A stretch of DNA of 64,000 nucleotides, taken from the NCBI GenBank assembly GCA_964422795.1, contig CAYRCL010000002.1:50234-114233 (forward strand), read 5' to 3'. This DNA is from an uncultured Chloroflexota bacterium (GTDB lineage Bacteria; Chloroflexota; UBA11872). Below are positions 1 to 8,916 of the stretch, in pieces. Position numbers and translations under genes: made by a program. Numbering within the stretch: the first letter of the stretch is position 1; each line of letters opens with the position of its first letter. The notes beneath the pieces were generated by a model that was not told the DNA's origin, ran no database searches, and saw only the letters and a program-made list of their open reading frames with translations.

Positions 1-672
1 GCAACGGGAGTGCCCATGATCCGAATTGCGACCCGTGTAATGTTTGGAGCCACGCTCCGGGAGCTCGGTTATCACGCAGGATTGGTGGAGCCACGCCAGC
101 TTGTGGCCGTCAAGGCGCCGGTATTTTCGATGTCCAAACTCTCGGGTGTTGACACCTATCTCGGGCCTGAGATGAAGTCCACAGGCGAGGTCATGGGTCT
201 GAGCAACTCGTTTCCTGAGGCGTTACGGAAAGCGATGGTTGCGTCGGGGATTGATGTACCCGCAGAGGGTGATGTGCTCGTCTCGATCGCTGATAGAGAC
301 AAGGCCGAAGCGAGCCCGATAATTTCGGACTTGGCGAAGCTTGGGTTTGGATTGCTGGCAACACATGGGACGGCCGATTTTATTGAGTCAACACTTGGGC
401 TTCCGGTAGGTCGCGTTAGCAAGATGCGAGCGGGCAGCCCGAATGTGGAGGAGTTTATTCGAGAGGGACGCGTCGCTCTTGTGATTAATACACTGACCGG
501 GCGTCGTGAGGCCATTCAGGATGGTCACTATATGCGCCGCGCTGCAGCCGAAACGCGAACACCCTGTCTCACCTCGCTTGATACTGCACGAGCACTTGTG
601 GAAACGCTGCATCAGGCCCATGGAATCTTCGATGTGCGGACGGTGGATGAGTATCGCGAGTCTGGTGTATGA
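1..672 (+). CDS. carB: Carbamoyl-phosphate synthase large subunit, C-terminal part (5'-truncated by window edge)
   Basis: ORF 10..672 contains the CarB C-terminal oligomerisation / MGS-like domain motifs (VFSMSKLSGVDTYLGPEMKSTGEVMG, VSIADRDK, LATHGTADF). The protein clearly continues upstream of position 1. Confidence 0.85.
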   Translation, partial: ATGVPMIRIATRVMFGATLRELGYHAGLVEPRQLVAVKAPVFSMSKLSGVDTYLGPEMKSTGEVMGLSNSFPEALRKAMVASGIDVPAEGDVLVSIADRDKAEASPIISDLAKLGFGLLATHGTADFIESTLGLPVGRVSKMRAGSPNVEEFIREGRVALVINTLTGRREAIQDGHYMRRAAAETRTPCLTSLDTARALVETLHQAHGIFDVRTVDEYRESGV

Positions 673-1505
673 CGAAGTTTCTGGAGACGGCGCGCGTTGT
701 CCGCAATGTCCGGATCACACGCCGCCTATGGTGGTGTGAATATGAAGCGCCTGACATTTCGGCATCTGCTCGGCCTGGGCAATTTGCGCATGTCGTGTGT
801 AGTGAATCCGATCAACGAGATCCGCTCCTACGCAGGCCCCTGAGCTTCAGCCGTGTCGATCGCCTGCGTAGTACGGTTTCTTTCCTTATCGACACCGTTG
901 GGCGGGGAACTTCCTGGTTGGTGCGACAGCCGATTGGTTCGGCAATCGACATGCTGGGGCCTCTTGGCATGGGTTATGAATTCCAGTCCGGCGGACGACG
1001 TGCCTTGCTGGTTGGTGGCGGCATCGGACTAGCCCCCTTGATCGCATTGGCTGACCTTGCACCAAAACTCGACATTGAGATCCGTTTATTGGCTGGGGGA
1101 CGTGATATTGATCACATAACACCGCGCGAATGGATTGATTTGAACGCGTCATACGAGATTGCAACTGACGATGGAAGTGGTGGGCATCACGGATTCATTA
1201 CCGACCTTGTCCCCGACCATTTCGCGTGGAGTGACCAGATATTCGTTTGTGGTCCGACTCCGATGATGTACGCGATGGCTAAGCTTTCGCCTGACCTTGG
1301 TGAACAGCACGGCGAGCGCCCAGTCCAGACAGCACTTGAAGCTCGGATGGGATGTGCAATGGGCGTCTGCTACTCGTGCGTTGTTAAGACAACGGAGGGT
1401 GTCAAGCGTGTGTGTTATGACGGACCAGTATTCGACCAAAATCAACTCACATGGGAATGGGACCACACGGCTCCCATGCTCAGTCAAGGAAGTCCTACAA
1501 CCTAG
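669..1505 (+). CDS. pyrK: Dihydroorotate dehydrogenase electron-transfer subunit (FAD/NAD-binding, 2Fe-2S)
   Basis: 278 aa with a ferredoxin-reductase-like fold (RPLSF, GGGIGLAPL) and a C-terminal Cys cluster CAMGVCYSC...C typical of PyrK. The start overlaps the carB stop (ATGA), suggesting translational coupling. Confidence 0.8.
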   Translation: MTKFLETARVVRNVRITRRLWWCEYEAPDISASARPGQFAHVVCSESDQRDPLLRRPLSFSRVDRLRSTVSFLIDTVGRGTSWLVRQPIGSAIDMLGPLGMGYEFQSGGRRALLVGGGIGLAPLIALADLAPKLDIEIRLLAGGRDIDHITPREWIDLNASYEIATDDGSGGHHGFITDLVPDHFAWSDQIFVCGPTPMMYAMAKLSPDLGEQHGERPVQTALEARMGCAMGVCYSCVVKTTEGVKRVCYDGPVFDQNQLTWEWDHTAPMLSQGSPTT

Positions 1506-1523
1506 AGATTAGGCACCCGTACC

Positions 1524-1970
1524 CTAGGCATCTCGCCAGAGCTTGCCCATCGCCCTGACTCTTGCTAAGCGTGATGGATCAAAACTCGCCAGCTCAAAGC
1601 CAGATGGTTGCGGAGCGTGGTCAACTCCGAGCTTCGCCTGAATTTCGGGCTGTGTGTAGTACGCGTTGTATGTTTGACGCACCAGTTCGGCGAAAGCTTC
1701 TGGAGCCGCAATCTCCGCATGCTTAAGAATATTGACACGTTCTTCGGACGATCGATGTTGAAACGGCAGGTTGTCAGCCGCTGTTTCAATGGCGTCCAGC
1801 GCCACTACAATTGGCTCATATAGCTCGGCTTGTTCACGAAGAAACGCTTCAACAGTTCGGGCTCCACCAATCGATCCCGCGGAAGGCATGCCGTCTTCAT
1901 CGGGTATTAACTCGTCCTGAACGGCACTGAGCAGAGCAATTTGGTGGGGACTCAAGAAACGGTCGGTCAT
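1524..1970 (-). CDS. Small subunit partner of GMC oxidoreductase (gluconate 2-dehydrogenase subunit-3-like family), tentative
   Basis: 148-aa ORF whose start overlaps the stop of the upstream GMC oxidoreductase by 4 nt. Size and acidic/helical composition fit the small subunits paired with GMC enzymes. No signal peptide is seen. Confidence 0.4.
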   Translation of the reverse strand: MTDRFLSPHQIALLSAVQDELIPDEDGMPSAGSIGGARTVEAFLREQAELYEPIVVALDAIETAADNLPFQHRSSEERVNILKHAEIAAPEAFAELVRQTYNAYYTQPEIQAKLGVDHAPQPSGFELASFDPSRLARVRAMGKLWRDA

Positions 1971-3586
1971 GCTGTCACCTCACCAAAGTGATGACTCAAC
2001 CAGTCAGCGCAACGCAGAGCGATCGCCTGAATAGTGCTCGTCGGATTAACAGCTCCGGAAGTCGTAAACACGCTGCCATCTATTACAAACAAGTTGCCAC
2101 ATTCATGAGAGCGTCCCCATTGATCGACAACAGAGCGCTCAGGATGGTTTCCCATCCGACAAGTCCCCATGAGGTGCCAGCCACTGTCCTGAACTAGCGA
2201 GTCGACGAAAATCTCGCTAGCTCCTGCAGCTTTAAACAGGTCCCGAGCACGTGCAATCGCAAAAGGCAACATGTCCTTGCTATTGGAGCCAAGGCGGTAC
2301 TCGACACGTGGTGCCGGTATCCCGTCGGTATCTTTGAGCGTTGGATCCAGAGTAATGCGATTCTCCGACTCTGGGAGGTCTTCGAGCATTGTTGTGACGG
2401 TGAGCGCATGTCGAAATTGTGTTTGTAAGGCGCGATGGTGGCCGCCGCCCCACGGTACAGGCCCACCGATTAGGCCTCCGAGAGCGGTGGTAAGGGGTCC
2501 GGCATGCCCACCTAGCTGCAGCTGAAACCCTCGAACGAATCCGCGTGACCGATCGGTTTCGTAGAATTCTTGGCAGTTCATAAGGCCACCGATAGGACCT
2601 TGCTGACCATCTACGCGTTCGTCGAACACCCCAGTAACGAATGCGACTGGATGGAACATGAGATGTGTTCCGACTAATCCCGATCGATTCGCGAGACCAG
2701 AAGGAAACGACGCAGACGTGGAATTGAGTAGGATTCGAGATGTCCCGATTCCGTTGGCGGCCATGATGACCACGGAGGTATTGTGCTGGTGTCGATTTCC
2801 CGATTTGTCAAAGTAGATGGCACCTGTTGCCTGGCCGTTTGCATCTACCGTGATCTGCTCGACTCGCGCCTGCGTGATCAGCTCGACGCCTTGGGCTATG
2901 GCCAAGGGCCAGTAGGTGACGTGAGCGCTTGACATTGCTCCGATTGGACAGCCGAGGTCACAGGGCCCACAGGCATTGCACGGCGATCGATCTTGACCGA
3001 AAGGAGACGAGATAAGCGCGTTATCAGATGGCCACCAATGCCATCCAAGTTGATCGAGACCGCGTAGATATATGGAACAGGCAACGTCAAACGCTAACGG
3101 TGAGGTCTGTCGAGGACTGCGTGGGGGATTACCCGGATCACCGGCAAGTCCAGAAACGCCAATCATTGAGTCGTTCAGGTCGTAAAACGGTTCAAGGTCC
3201 CAATAGCTCAGCGGCCAGTCGTCTCCTACACCATCCAGCGTACATACACGGAAGTCCGACGGACGCATCCGAGGGAAGTGACCACTCCAGTGGATGGTGC
3301 TTCCACCCACGGCATTGATCATGAGCGGATGGATTGGCGAGTTGTCCGTGTTCACGGGATAGTCCTCGTCCCACTGGCGGATATTCGGATCCATATGGAA
3401 AACCTTCTGTCGCGCCAGTTCGTAGTCGGGTCGGCTGTGTGCATATTCCGATTGATCGATCCATCGTCCCTGCTCGAGACAGGTCACTCGCAGACCTTGG
3501 CGAGATAAGGACCAGGCAGCAGCTGAGCCTGCGGCGCCTGCTCCGACAATCAGAATATCCGAGTCGGTCTGAGTCCTGGTTAGCAC
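1967..3586 (-). CDS. GMC family FAD-dependent oxidoreductase (large subunit)
   Basis: 539 aa. N-terminal GxGxxG FAD fold (ILIVGAGAAGSAAAW) and a GMC-type C-terminal region with the conserved His/Asn active-site area (HLMGTCRMG). Confidence 0.8.
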   Translation of the reverse strand: MLTRTQTDSDILIVGAGAAGSAAAWSLSRQGLRVTCLEQGRWIDQSEYAHSRPDYELARQKVFHMDPNIRQWDEDYPVNTDNSPIHPLMINAVGGSTIHWSGHFPRMRPSDFRVCTLDGVGDDWPLSYWDLEPFYDLNDSMIGVSGLAGDPGNPPRSPRQTSPLAFDVACSIYLRGLDQLGWHWWPSDNALISSPFGQDRSPCNACGPCDLGCPIGAMSSAHVTYWPLAIAQGVELITQARVEQITVDANGQATGAIYFDKSGNRHQHNTSVVIMAANGIGTSRILLNSTSASFPSGLANRSGLVGTHLMFHPVAFVTGVFDERVDGQQGPIGGLMNCQEFYETDRSRGFVRGFQLQLGGHAGPLTTALGGLIGGPVPWGGGHHRALQTQFRHALTVTTMLEDLPESENRITLDPTLKDTDGIPAPRVEYRLGSNSKDMLPFAIARARDLFKAAGASEIFVDSLVQDSGWHLMGTCRMGNHPERSVVDQWGRSHECGNLFVIDGSVFTTSGAVNPTSTIQAIALRCADWLSHHFGEVTA

Positions 3587-3669
3587 GCGCCTATCCGAGC
3601 AACAGCATTATCTTGAGGACGACCGCAACCCGGTCAAAGCAATTCGTTGCGAAACTTGAACTAGTGTTG

Positions 3670-4644
3670 CTAATTCCATCGGTGCGACTCAGGGTCGATG
3701 GCAGTCGGCGTTACCGCTTCGAGCTCTGGCCATGCCTCGTCTGGTATCTGGTGGGATGCGAGAACGAGTGTTTGTTCGATCCGTCTTGGCCGGCTTGCTC
3801 CGACAATGGTCGACACGATGCGAGGATCTCGAAGCGAGAACTGTAGAGCCGCGGCGGCCAAGGGTATCTGAAACCGGTTGCAAATCCGTTCGAGTTCGTG
3901 GGCTCGCTCGACGACATCATCCGTGGCTTGCTGGTAGGCATAGCGTGGATACGCTTTCGGTCCGCGAGACAGAATGCCGCTGCCATACGGCGCCGCGTTT
4001 AGGACCGCAACATTTCGATGTGAGGCAATCTCGAGCAACGGGTCCGCAGAACGGTTGAGTAGGGTGTATCGGTTGTGTGTAATTACGACCTCAAAACAGC
4101 CGGTCTTCACGTAGCGGATTTCTTGGTCGATAGGCCCTCCAGCTACGCCTAGATGTTCGATTAGACCCTCAGCTTTCATATCGAGTAGTACGTCCACAGG
4201 TCCCCCGTCGGCCATGATCGAGTCGTAAGTCGAGTGTTCGGCATCATGAAGATGTACGAGTTGGAGCTTGTCAAGACCGAGTAAGTCGAGACTTCGCTCC
4301 ACTGAACGCCGCATCTGAATCCCGCTGAAATCTCCTGTTTCGAGGTCACGGTCGGCCTTGGTTCCAAGGACCCAACCGTCGGGGAGTCCTCCGATATCGC
4401 GTAATGCATTACCGATCCGGCGTTCGCTTTCGCCGTCGCCATAAGATGCTGCGGTATCGATGAAGTTTACGGATCCGGTAAACGCCTCGCGCAGCATTCC
4501 TTGGGCATCGTCCTCGGTAACGGAGTAAGCGAATGCGTCTGGCATGTCACCGAGAGCTGCGGTGCCAAGAGCTAGTGGTGTGACCTTGAGATTGGTTGTT
4601 CCAAGAACGCGTAGCGAGAAGTAATCACCCGGTTCAGTGGTCAT
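3670..4644 (-). CDS. Aldo/keto reductase family oxidoreductase
   Basis: 324 aa. AKR motifs (FIDTAASYG, HLHDAEH, LGVAGGP). Confidence 0.8.
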   Translation of the reverse strand: MTTEPGDYFSLRVLGTTNLKVTPLALGTAALGDMPDAFAYSVTEDDAQGMLREAFTGSVNFIDTAASYGDGESERRIGNALRDIGGLPDGWVLGTKADRDLETGDFSGIQMRRSVERSLDLLGLDKLQLVHLHDAEHSTYDSIMADGGPVDVLLDMKAEGLIEHLGVAGGPIDQEIRYVKTGCFEVVITHNRYTLLNRSADPLLEIASHRNVAVLNAAPYGSGILSRGPKAYPRYAYQQATDDVVERAHELERICNRFQIPLAAAALQFSLRDPRIVSTIVGASRPRRIEQTLVLASHQIPDEAWPELEAVTPTAIDPESHRWN

Positions 4645-4856
4645 ACAGCCATCCGAACGAAAAGAGCGGTCATCCCATCACCTTGGTTTTTACCTGCGGC
4701 TTGTGGTGGTCTTCGATGACACCAAGGTCACGTTCACAGCACTTCTCCGGTAACGCCGCATACCGGTATAGCCTTGAATCCATCCAAGCCCCCCTAGAGG
4801 AGGTCGAGATCGTTCGATTCCGTCTTCTCGAGTATGCGTGGAAGGGTTATCCAGAA

Positions 4857-6248
4857 TCAAGCATCGGTTCCATATGATTCAGCTTGCCTCGCCGCTTCAG
4901 CGTGTGATTCGACAAACTCAGTAGCTAAGTCGCGAGCCCGTTCGATGTCACCCGGCTCTAAATCACCATCCAAGACAAGATCGAGTAGATACTGCTTAAT
5001 GGGCTTGATCCAAACGCCTTGACCGCGATCAAAGAGTTCCATCAACGCATGTCCGTCGAGCGGGGAATCAAGAGTTGCAATGTCTTGTTCGGCTTGAAGC
5101 TGTTCGCAACGCATCTGTAATTCAGCTACCCGAGCCAAACCGTCTTCGACACGCCGGGGTTGGTAGCTCGTTATATCGGCGCGGGAAAGGGCAAGAAGCG
5201 CGTTCAGGTTGCCGTCGGCATCACGAATAAATCGCCGAACACCTCCATCGGTCCAATCAGTTGTATAGGAATTGGCTCTCATGTGAAGTCGGACAATTTC
5301 TGTCACCTTTTCGGTCATTCGTCCATCGATCTTGAGCCGACGAAGGATGCGGTCAGCAATACGGGCGCCCCGTTCTTCATGACCGAAAAAGCGAACCCGA
5401 CCACGTCGAAAAGTTTTAGTTTGAGGTTTTCCCACATCGTGAAGAAGTGCGGCCCAACGAAGTTCAGGAACCGGTGGGGTACCTCGGAGTACCCGCATTG
5501 TGTGCGCGAAAACGTCCTTGTGTTGACGTTCTTTTTCCTGTTCGGTTTGCTGCAGCGGGATCAGCTCGGGAATCACGAGGCCAAGAATGCCGAGTTCGAG
5601 CATCATGATTAGACCGCGATCCGGTCTCTGGGCGAGCAAAATCAACTGCAGTTCCGCCGCGATCCTTTCGGCGCTGATGTGCTGGAGTTCTGGGACGTTG
5701 CGGCGAGCTGCGGCGAGCGGCGCTGAGTCAACGTCAAAGTCGAGTTGTACGGCGAAGCGTACACAGCGTAGGACGCGGAGTGGATCTTCTCGAAAACGGT
5801 CGTCAGCAGTTCCGACTGATCGTATCTTCCCAGCGACAACATCGGCGATTCCTCCGTGCGGATCGATAATTTGGCCTGATTGGACATCCTGAGCCACCGC
5901 ATTCACCGTGAAGTCGCGACGCCCTAGGTCAGCTTCGAGCGATGTGCCGAACTGAACCTCAGGCTTTCTCGAGCCCGAACGGTAACTTTCTGATCGGAAC
6001 GTCGTGATTTCGAGTGTCTCACCGTCGAAAATGGCGCCAATTGTTCCGAACCGCTCACCGATGGTGTATATGTCGTTCGCACCGGCACGTCGGACAAGTT
6101 CCTTGATTCGTTCGGGTGGAGCATTGGTTGTTAGGTCAATGTCGTTTGATGTCGTTCCCATCAGTCGGTCACGGACAGGTCCACCGACGAGAAATAGATC
6201 AAATCCAAACTTATTAAAGATGTGGACAAGGCGCCCAGTGGGATTCAT
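4857..6248 (-). CDS. cca: CCA-adding tRNA nucleotidyltransferase with HD domain
   Basis: 463 aa. PolyA_pol head motif (GGPVRDRLMG...DIDLTT) followed by an HD phosphohydrolase region (HDVGK). Confidence 0.8.
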   Translation of the reverse strand: MNPTGRLVHIFNKFGFDLFLVGGPVRDRLMGTTSNDIDLTTNAPPERIKELVRRAGANDIYTIGERFGTIGAIFDGETLEITTFRSESYRSGSRKPEVQFGTSLEADLGRRDFTVNAVAQDVQSGQIIDPHGGIADVVAGKIRSVGTADDRFREDPLRVLRCVRFAVQLDFDVDSAPLAAARRNVPELQHISAERIAAELQLILLAQRPDRGLIMMLELGILGLVIPELIPLQQTEQEKERQHKDVFAHTMRVLRGTPPVPELRWAALLHDVGKPQTKTFRRGRVRFFGHEERGARIADRILRRLKIDGRMTEKVTEIVRLHMRANSYTTDWTDGGVRRFIRDADGNLNALLALSRADITSYQPRRVEDGLARVAELQMRCEQLQAEQDIATLDSPLDGHALMELFDRGQGVWIKPIKQYLLDLVLDGDLEPGDIERARDLATEFVESHAEAARQAESYGTDA

Positions 6249-6264
6249 TGAGACATCGCCGCGT

Positions 6265-8913
6265 CTAGTGCAGTCGTGTGAAAGGCCAACGAATGTTCTG
6301 CAGTGTTTTACCGACTACGCGCGATGATCTTACACGCTCACCAATCCGAGATCCGAGTCGACGTGGATTGTCTCGTATCCGACGAACACCAACATCTGCG
6401 ACGAAGGCCATCAGTGCGATGGTGAGGAGATGCTGCCATCCGATGAAAAACGAATGGTTGACGTACCTTGGTAAGGACATCAAATCCTTAGAAGATTCGA
6501 TGGTCGTGCCGCCGGTTAAGGTAGCAATGCGCTGAAGTTCATGCCGATTGGTGGCGACGTGGCGTAGTTCATCGGAATTGGGTATTACCAGGCCCCAGGA
6601 AGCGGTGCTCGCAAGGCCCTCGCTGTTTTTCTGCTCGACGTCTATTTTGTACACGCCTGCAGAGAGTCCGCGGACACGGGTTTGGTACCGGCCAGGCGCG
6701 ATTTGCATAGCAGGCTGGTTGCGTGTGCTCCCGTCGGGCGAAGTTAAAGTCAAGTGGGTGTTGAGGCCGTTCACGAATTGGTGGTCTGCGTCCACCGTGT
6801 CGATTGTGATTTCCGCTTCGTCGTCCGTGTACGACGTGTCAATGCGGACGATGATAGGAGTAGGGGCCATATCGGGTGGTGGGCTAGCCCATTCGATAGT
6901 CTGACGCACGAACGTCGGGAAGTCGTCCCAGGTGATCCAGTCTGCGGCCCAGTGTGCTCCGGCATCCGCCATCCACGCTACCGATCGTCCACGACCGTAC
7001 TGCCACTGCGCGAGGATCGGCTCATTTCTGTCGGAGCTCAACACGATCTCTGCGGTGGGCTTGGCCCGTGTTCGGACGAACCCCGATAACTCGGGGAGAT
7101 CCTGACCGGCTAGATGGCCGCCAAAGATAGGGCTTGCAGCATTCAGCTGCGGCTGAAACCTCCGCTCAACAAGCGCGAACTCTTTTGCTGTCTGGGTTTC
7201 CCGAGTAAGGATGCGAGGGATGGAGCGTGGATCCGGAACGAAGTAATGACGGCCATTTCCAATCTGCGCAATCTGCTCGAGGAGCGCGCGGTCAGAATTC
7301 TCTCCAATCGCGATGGTTGAGACCGTTATGGAACGTCGGTGCATGGAGCGTGTCAGACTGACGAAGTCGCCGTAGTTGGCGCGCCCATCGGTGAGGAGAA
7401 CAACGTGCTTGATCGATGCGTCAACTTGGCCTAGTCGTGACCGCGCGAAGAACATCGCACGATAGAGGTCGGTAGCCGATCCGATTTGTATGCCACGGAT
7501 ACGTTCGATGATGGTTTTTGTATCGGTGACTGAGGTCAACAATCGTGGTGGAACCACCCACTGCGCATTCATGTCGAATGCCATCACGCCGACGATGTCG
7601 CCCTCGTTGAGCAGCTTAACGGCATCCACAGCAGCTTCGATCGCTAAGTCGATCTTAGCGTTTCCTTCGCTCGCGCCTTGGTTCATACTCGTCGACCTAT
7701 CAATTATGAGCACCAACGCCAGACGTGAGTCCATCCCTGGGTCTGTCGGGTTGGACCAAACGGGTAGAGCTTCTTCAAGGGGTGTGTTGGAGTAGCTGCC
7801 AGCGGCAAAACTGGATGGACCTCCCAACACAACCAGACCATGACCGCTCGCTACATGTTTCCTCAATTTGTCGAGATTGACGGGTCCGATGGCTTTCGAG
7901 GGGATGTCTGAGAGCACAATTGTTTCGAATGCGGACAGATCGGTATTTGTGATCTCACTAGGACTGATCTCTCGAACCTCAATCCCGCCGGCTTCAAGCG
8001 CGATGGTTAGATGGGGCATCTCGCCGACTGTCAATATCGGACTCGGTGTGCTTACTTTCACAAATGCTTCGGCGACATTATTTGTGAGACGTGGATCAGT
8101 GTCATCGAGTAGCTCAGCGCGCAGGCGATGGAATCCGGGATCAAGGATGGAAAATTCGATCCTATAGGTGCGAGCGCCTGGCGTTATGGCGATTGAGCCA
8201 TCGCGGATCAGACGGTTCTCGTCCCAGAGGCGAAGGCGAGCTTGAGCGGCACGCTGGGAGACGATGTGCACCCGGGCAATCAGGGTAGTGTTGGGGCGTG
8301 CTGTTGGTTGAACCTGTATCCATTTAAGGACGAGATCGGCGGGTCGATTCGCTCGGGCAGGGATGACGGAGATCGGTACTCCGCGCGCTACTGCTGTCTG
8401 AGCAGCAGCATCTAATTGGCCGTTGCTGCCAGTTCCGTCAGACATCAGAATGATTTGGCCACCAACTTCTGGGTTGATCAACCCTAATGCGGTCAGAAGC
8501 CCGGATTCGTAATCCGTACGGTGCGTTGGCAGGTCAGTTCGAAGCATAGGCACTTTTGCGAGGCGGTGAGGTGCAGCTAGCACGGCTGTGGTTGCGCCGA
8601 ACTGGACGATCCCAATCTCGGTTTCCGATCCGAATGCTTCGAAATAGGCATCAATAAATTCCGAGCTATTTACATGCTCGGAAAGGGGCACGCTGTTTGA
8701 TGTATCGACGACAAACACTGTGGACGGCGTGATGTCGCGTCCTATCGAGAAGCCGGCGAGGGAAAGGATGATGGTCGTCAAGCCGAGGAGGCGAAGGAGT
8801 GTGGTGAGCACCGCTCGACGAGGGGAAAGCCGAACGACGCTGGTTTTAGCGATCCACGGAGTAACTGGAAGGGCAAGAAACAGGATGAGGAACCAAGGAT
8901 GATCTATGGTCAC
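6265..8913 (-). CDS. Large vWA-domain membrane protein (BatB/BatA-like) of MoxR operon
   Basis: 882 aa. N-terminal TM segments then vWA-like MIDAS region (VVDTSNS / LIIDRSTSM, two vWA-like segments). Follows the upstream vWA gene by a 4-nt gap in the same operon. Confidence 0.55.
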   Translation of the reverse strand: MTIDHPWFLILFLALPVTPWIAKTSVVRLSPRRAVLTTLLRLLGLTTIILSLAGFSIGRDITPSTVFVVDTSNSVPLSEHVNSSEFIDAYFEAFGSETEIGIVQFGATTAVLAAPHRLAKVPMLRTDLPTHRTDYESGLLTALGLINPEVGGQIILMSDGTGSNGQLDAAAQTAVARGVPISVIPARANRPADLVLKWIQVQPTARPNTTLIARVHIVSQRAAQARLRLWDENRLIRDGSIAITPGARTYRIEFSILDPGFHRLRAELLDDTDPRLTNNVAEAFVKVSTPSPILTVGEMPHLTIALEAGGIEVREISPSEITNTDLSAFETIVLSDIPSKAIGPVNLDKLRKHVASGHGLVVLGGPSSFAAGSYSNTPLEEALPVWSNPTDPGMDSRLALVLIIDRSTSMNQGASEGNAKIDLAIEAAVDAVKLLNEGDIVGVMAFDMNAQWVVPPRLLTSVTDTKTIIERIRGIQIGSATDLYRAMFFARSRLGQVDASIKHVVLLTDGRANYGDFVSLTRSMHRRSITVSTIAIGENSDRALLEQIAQIGNGRHYFVPDPRSIPRILTRETQTAKEFALVERRFQPQLNAASPIFGGHLAGQDLPELSGFVRTRAKPTAEIVLSSDRNEPILAQWQYGRGRSVAWMADAGAHWAADWITWDDFPTFVRQTIEWASPPPDMAPTPIIVRIDTSYTDDEAEITIDTVDADHQFVNGLNTHLTLTSPDGSTRNQPAMQIAPGRYQTRVRGLSAGVYKIDVEQKNSEGLASTASWGLVIPNSDELRHVATNRHELQRIATLTGGTTIESSKDLMSLPRYVNHSFFIGWQHLLTIALMAFVADVGVRRIRDNPRRLGSRIGERVRSSRVVGKTLQNIRWPFTRLH

Positions 8914-8916
8914 GAC

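Noticed and set aside
1498-1530. CCTAG...CTAGG inverted repeat between convergent pyrK and the GMC small subunit, as a possible bidirectional terminator.
   Set aside because: The stem is only 5 bp with a 17-nt loop and no U-tract. Too weak to call a terminator.
4800-4835. T-loop-like motif GTTCGATTCC in the intergenic region upstream of cca. Checked as a possible tRNA.
   Set aside because: No complementary T-stem or acceptor stem can be formed on either strand. It is an isolated motif, not a tRNA.
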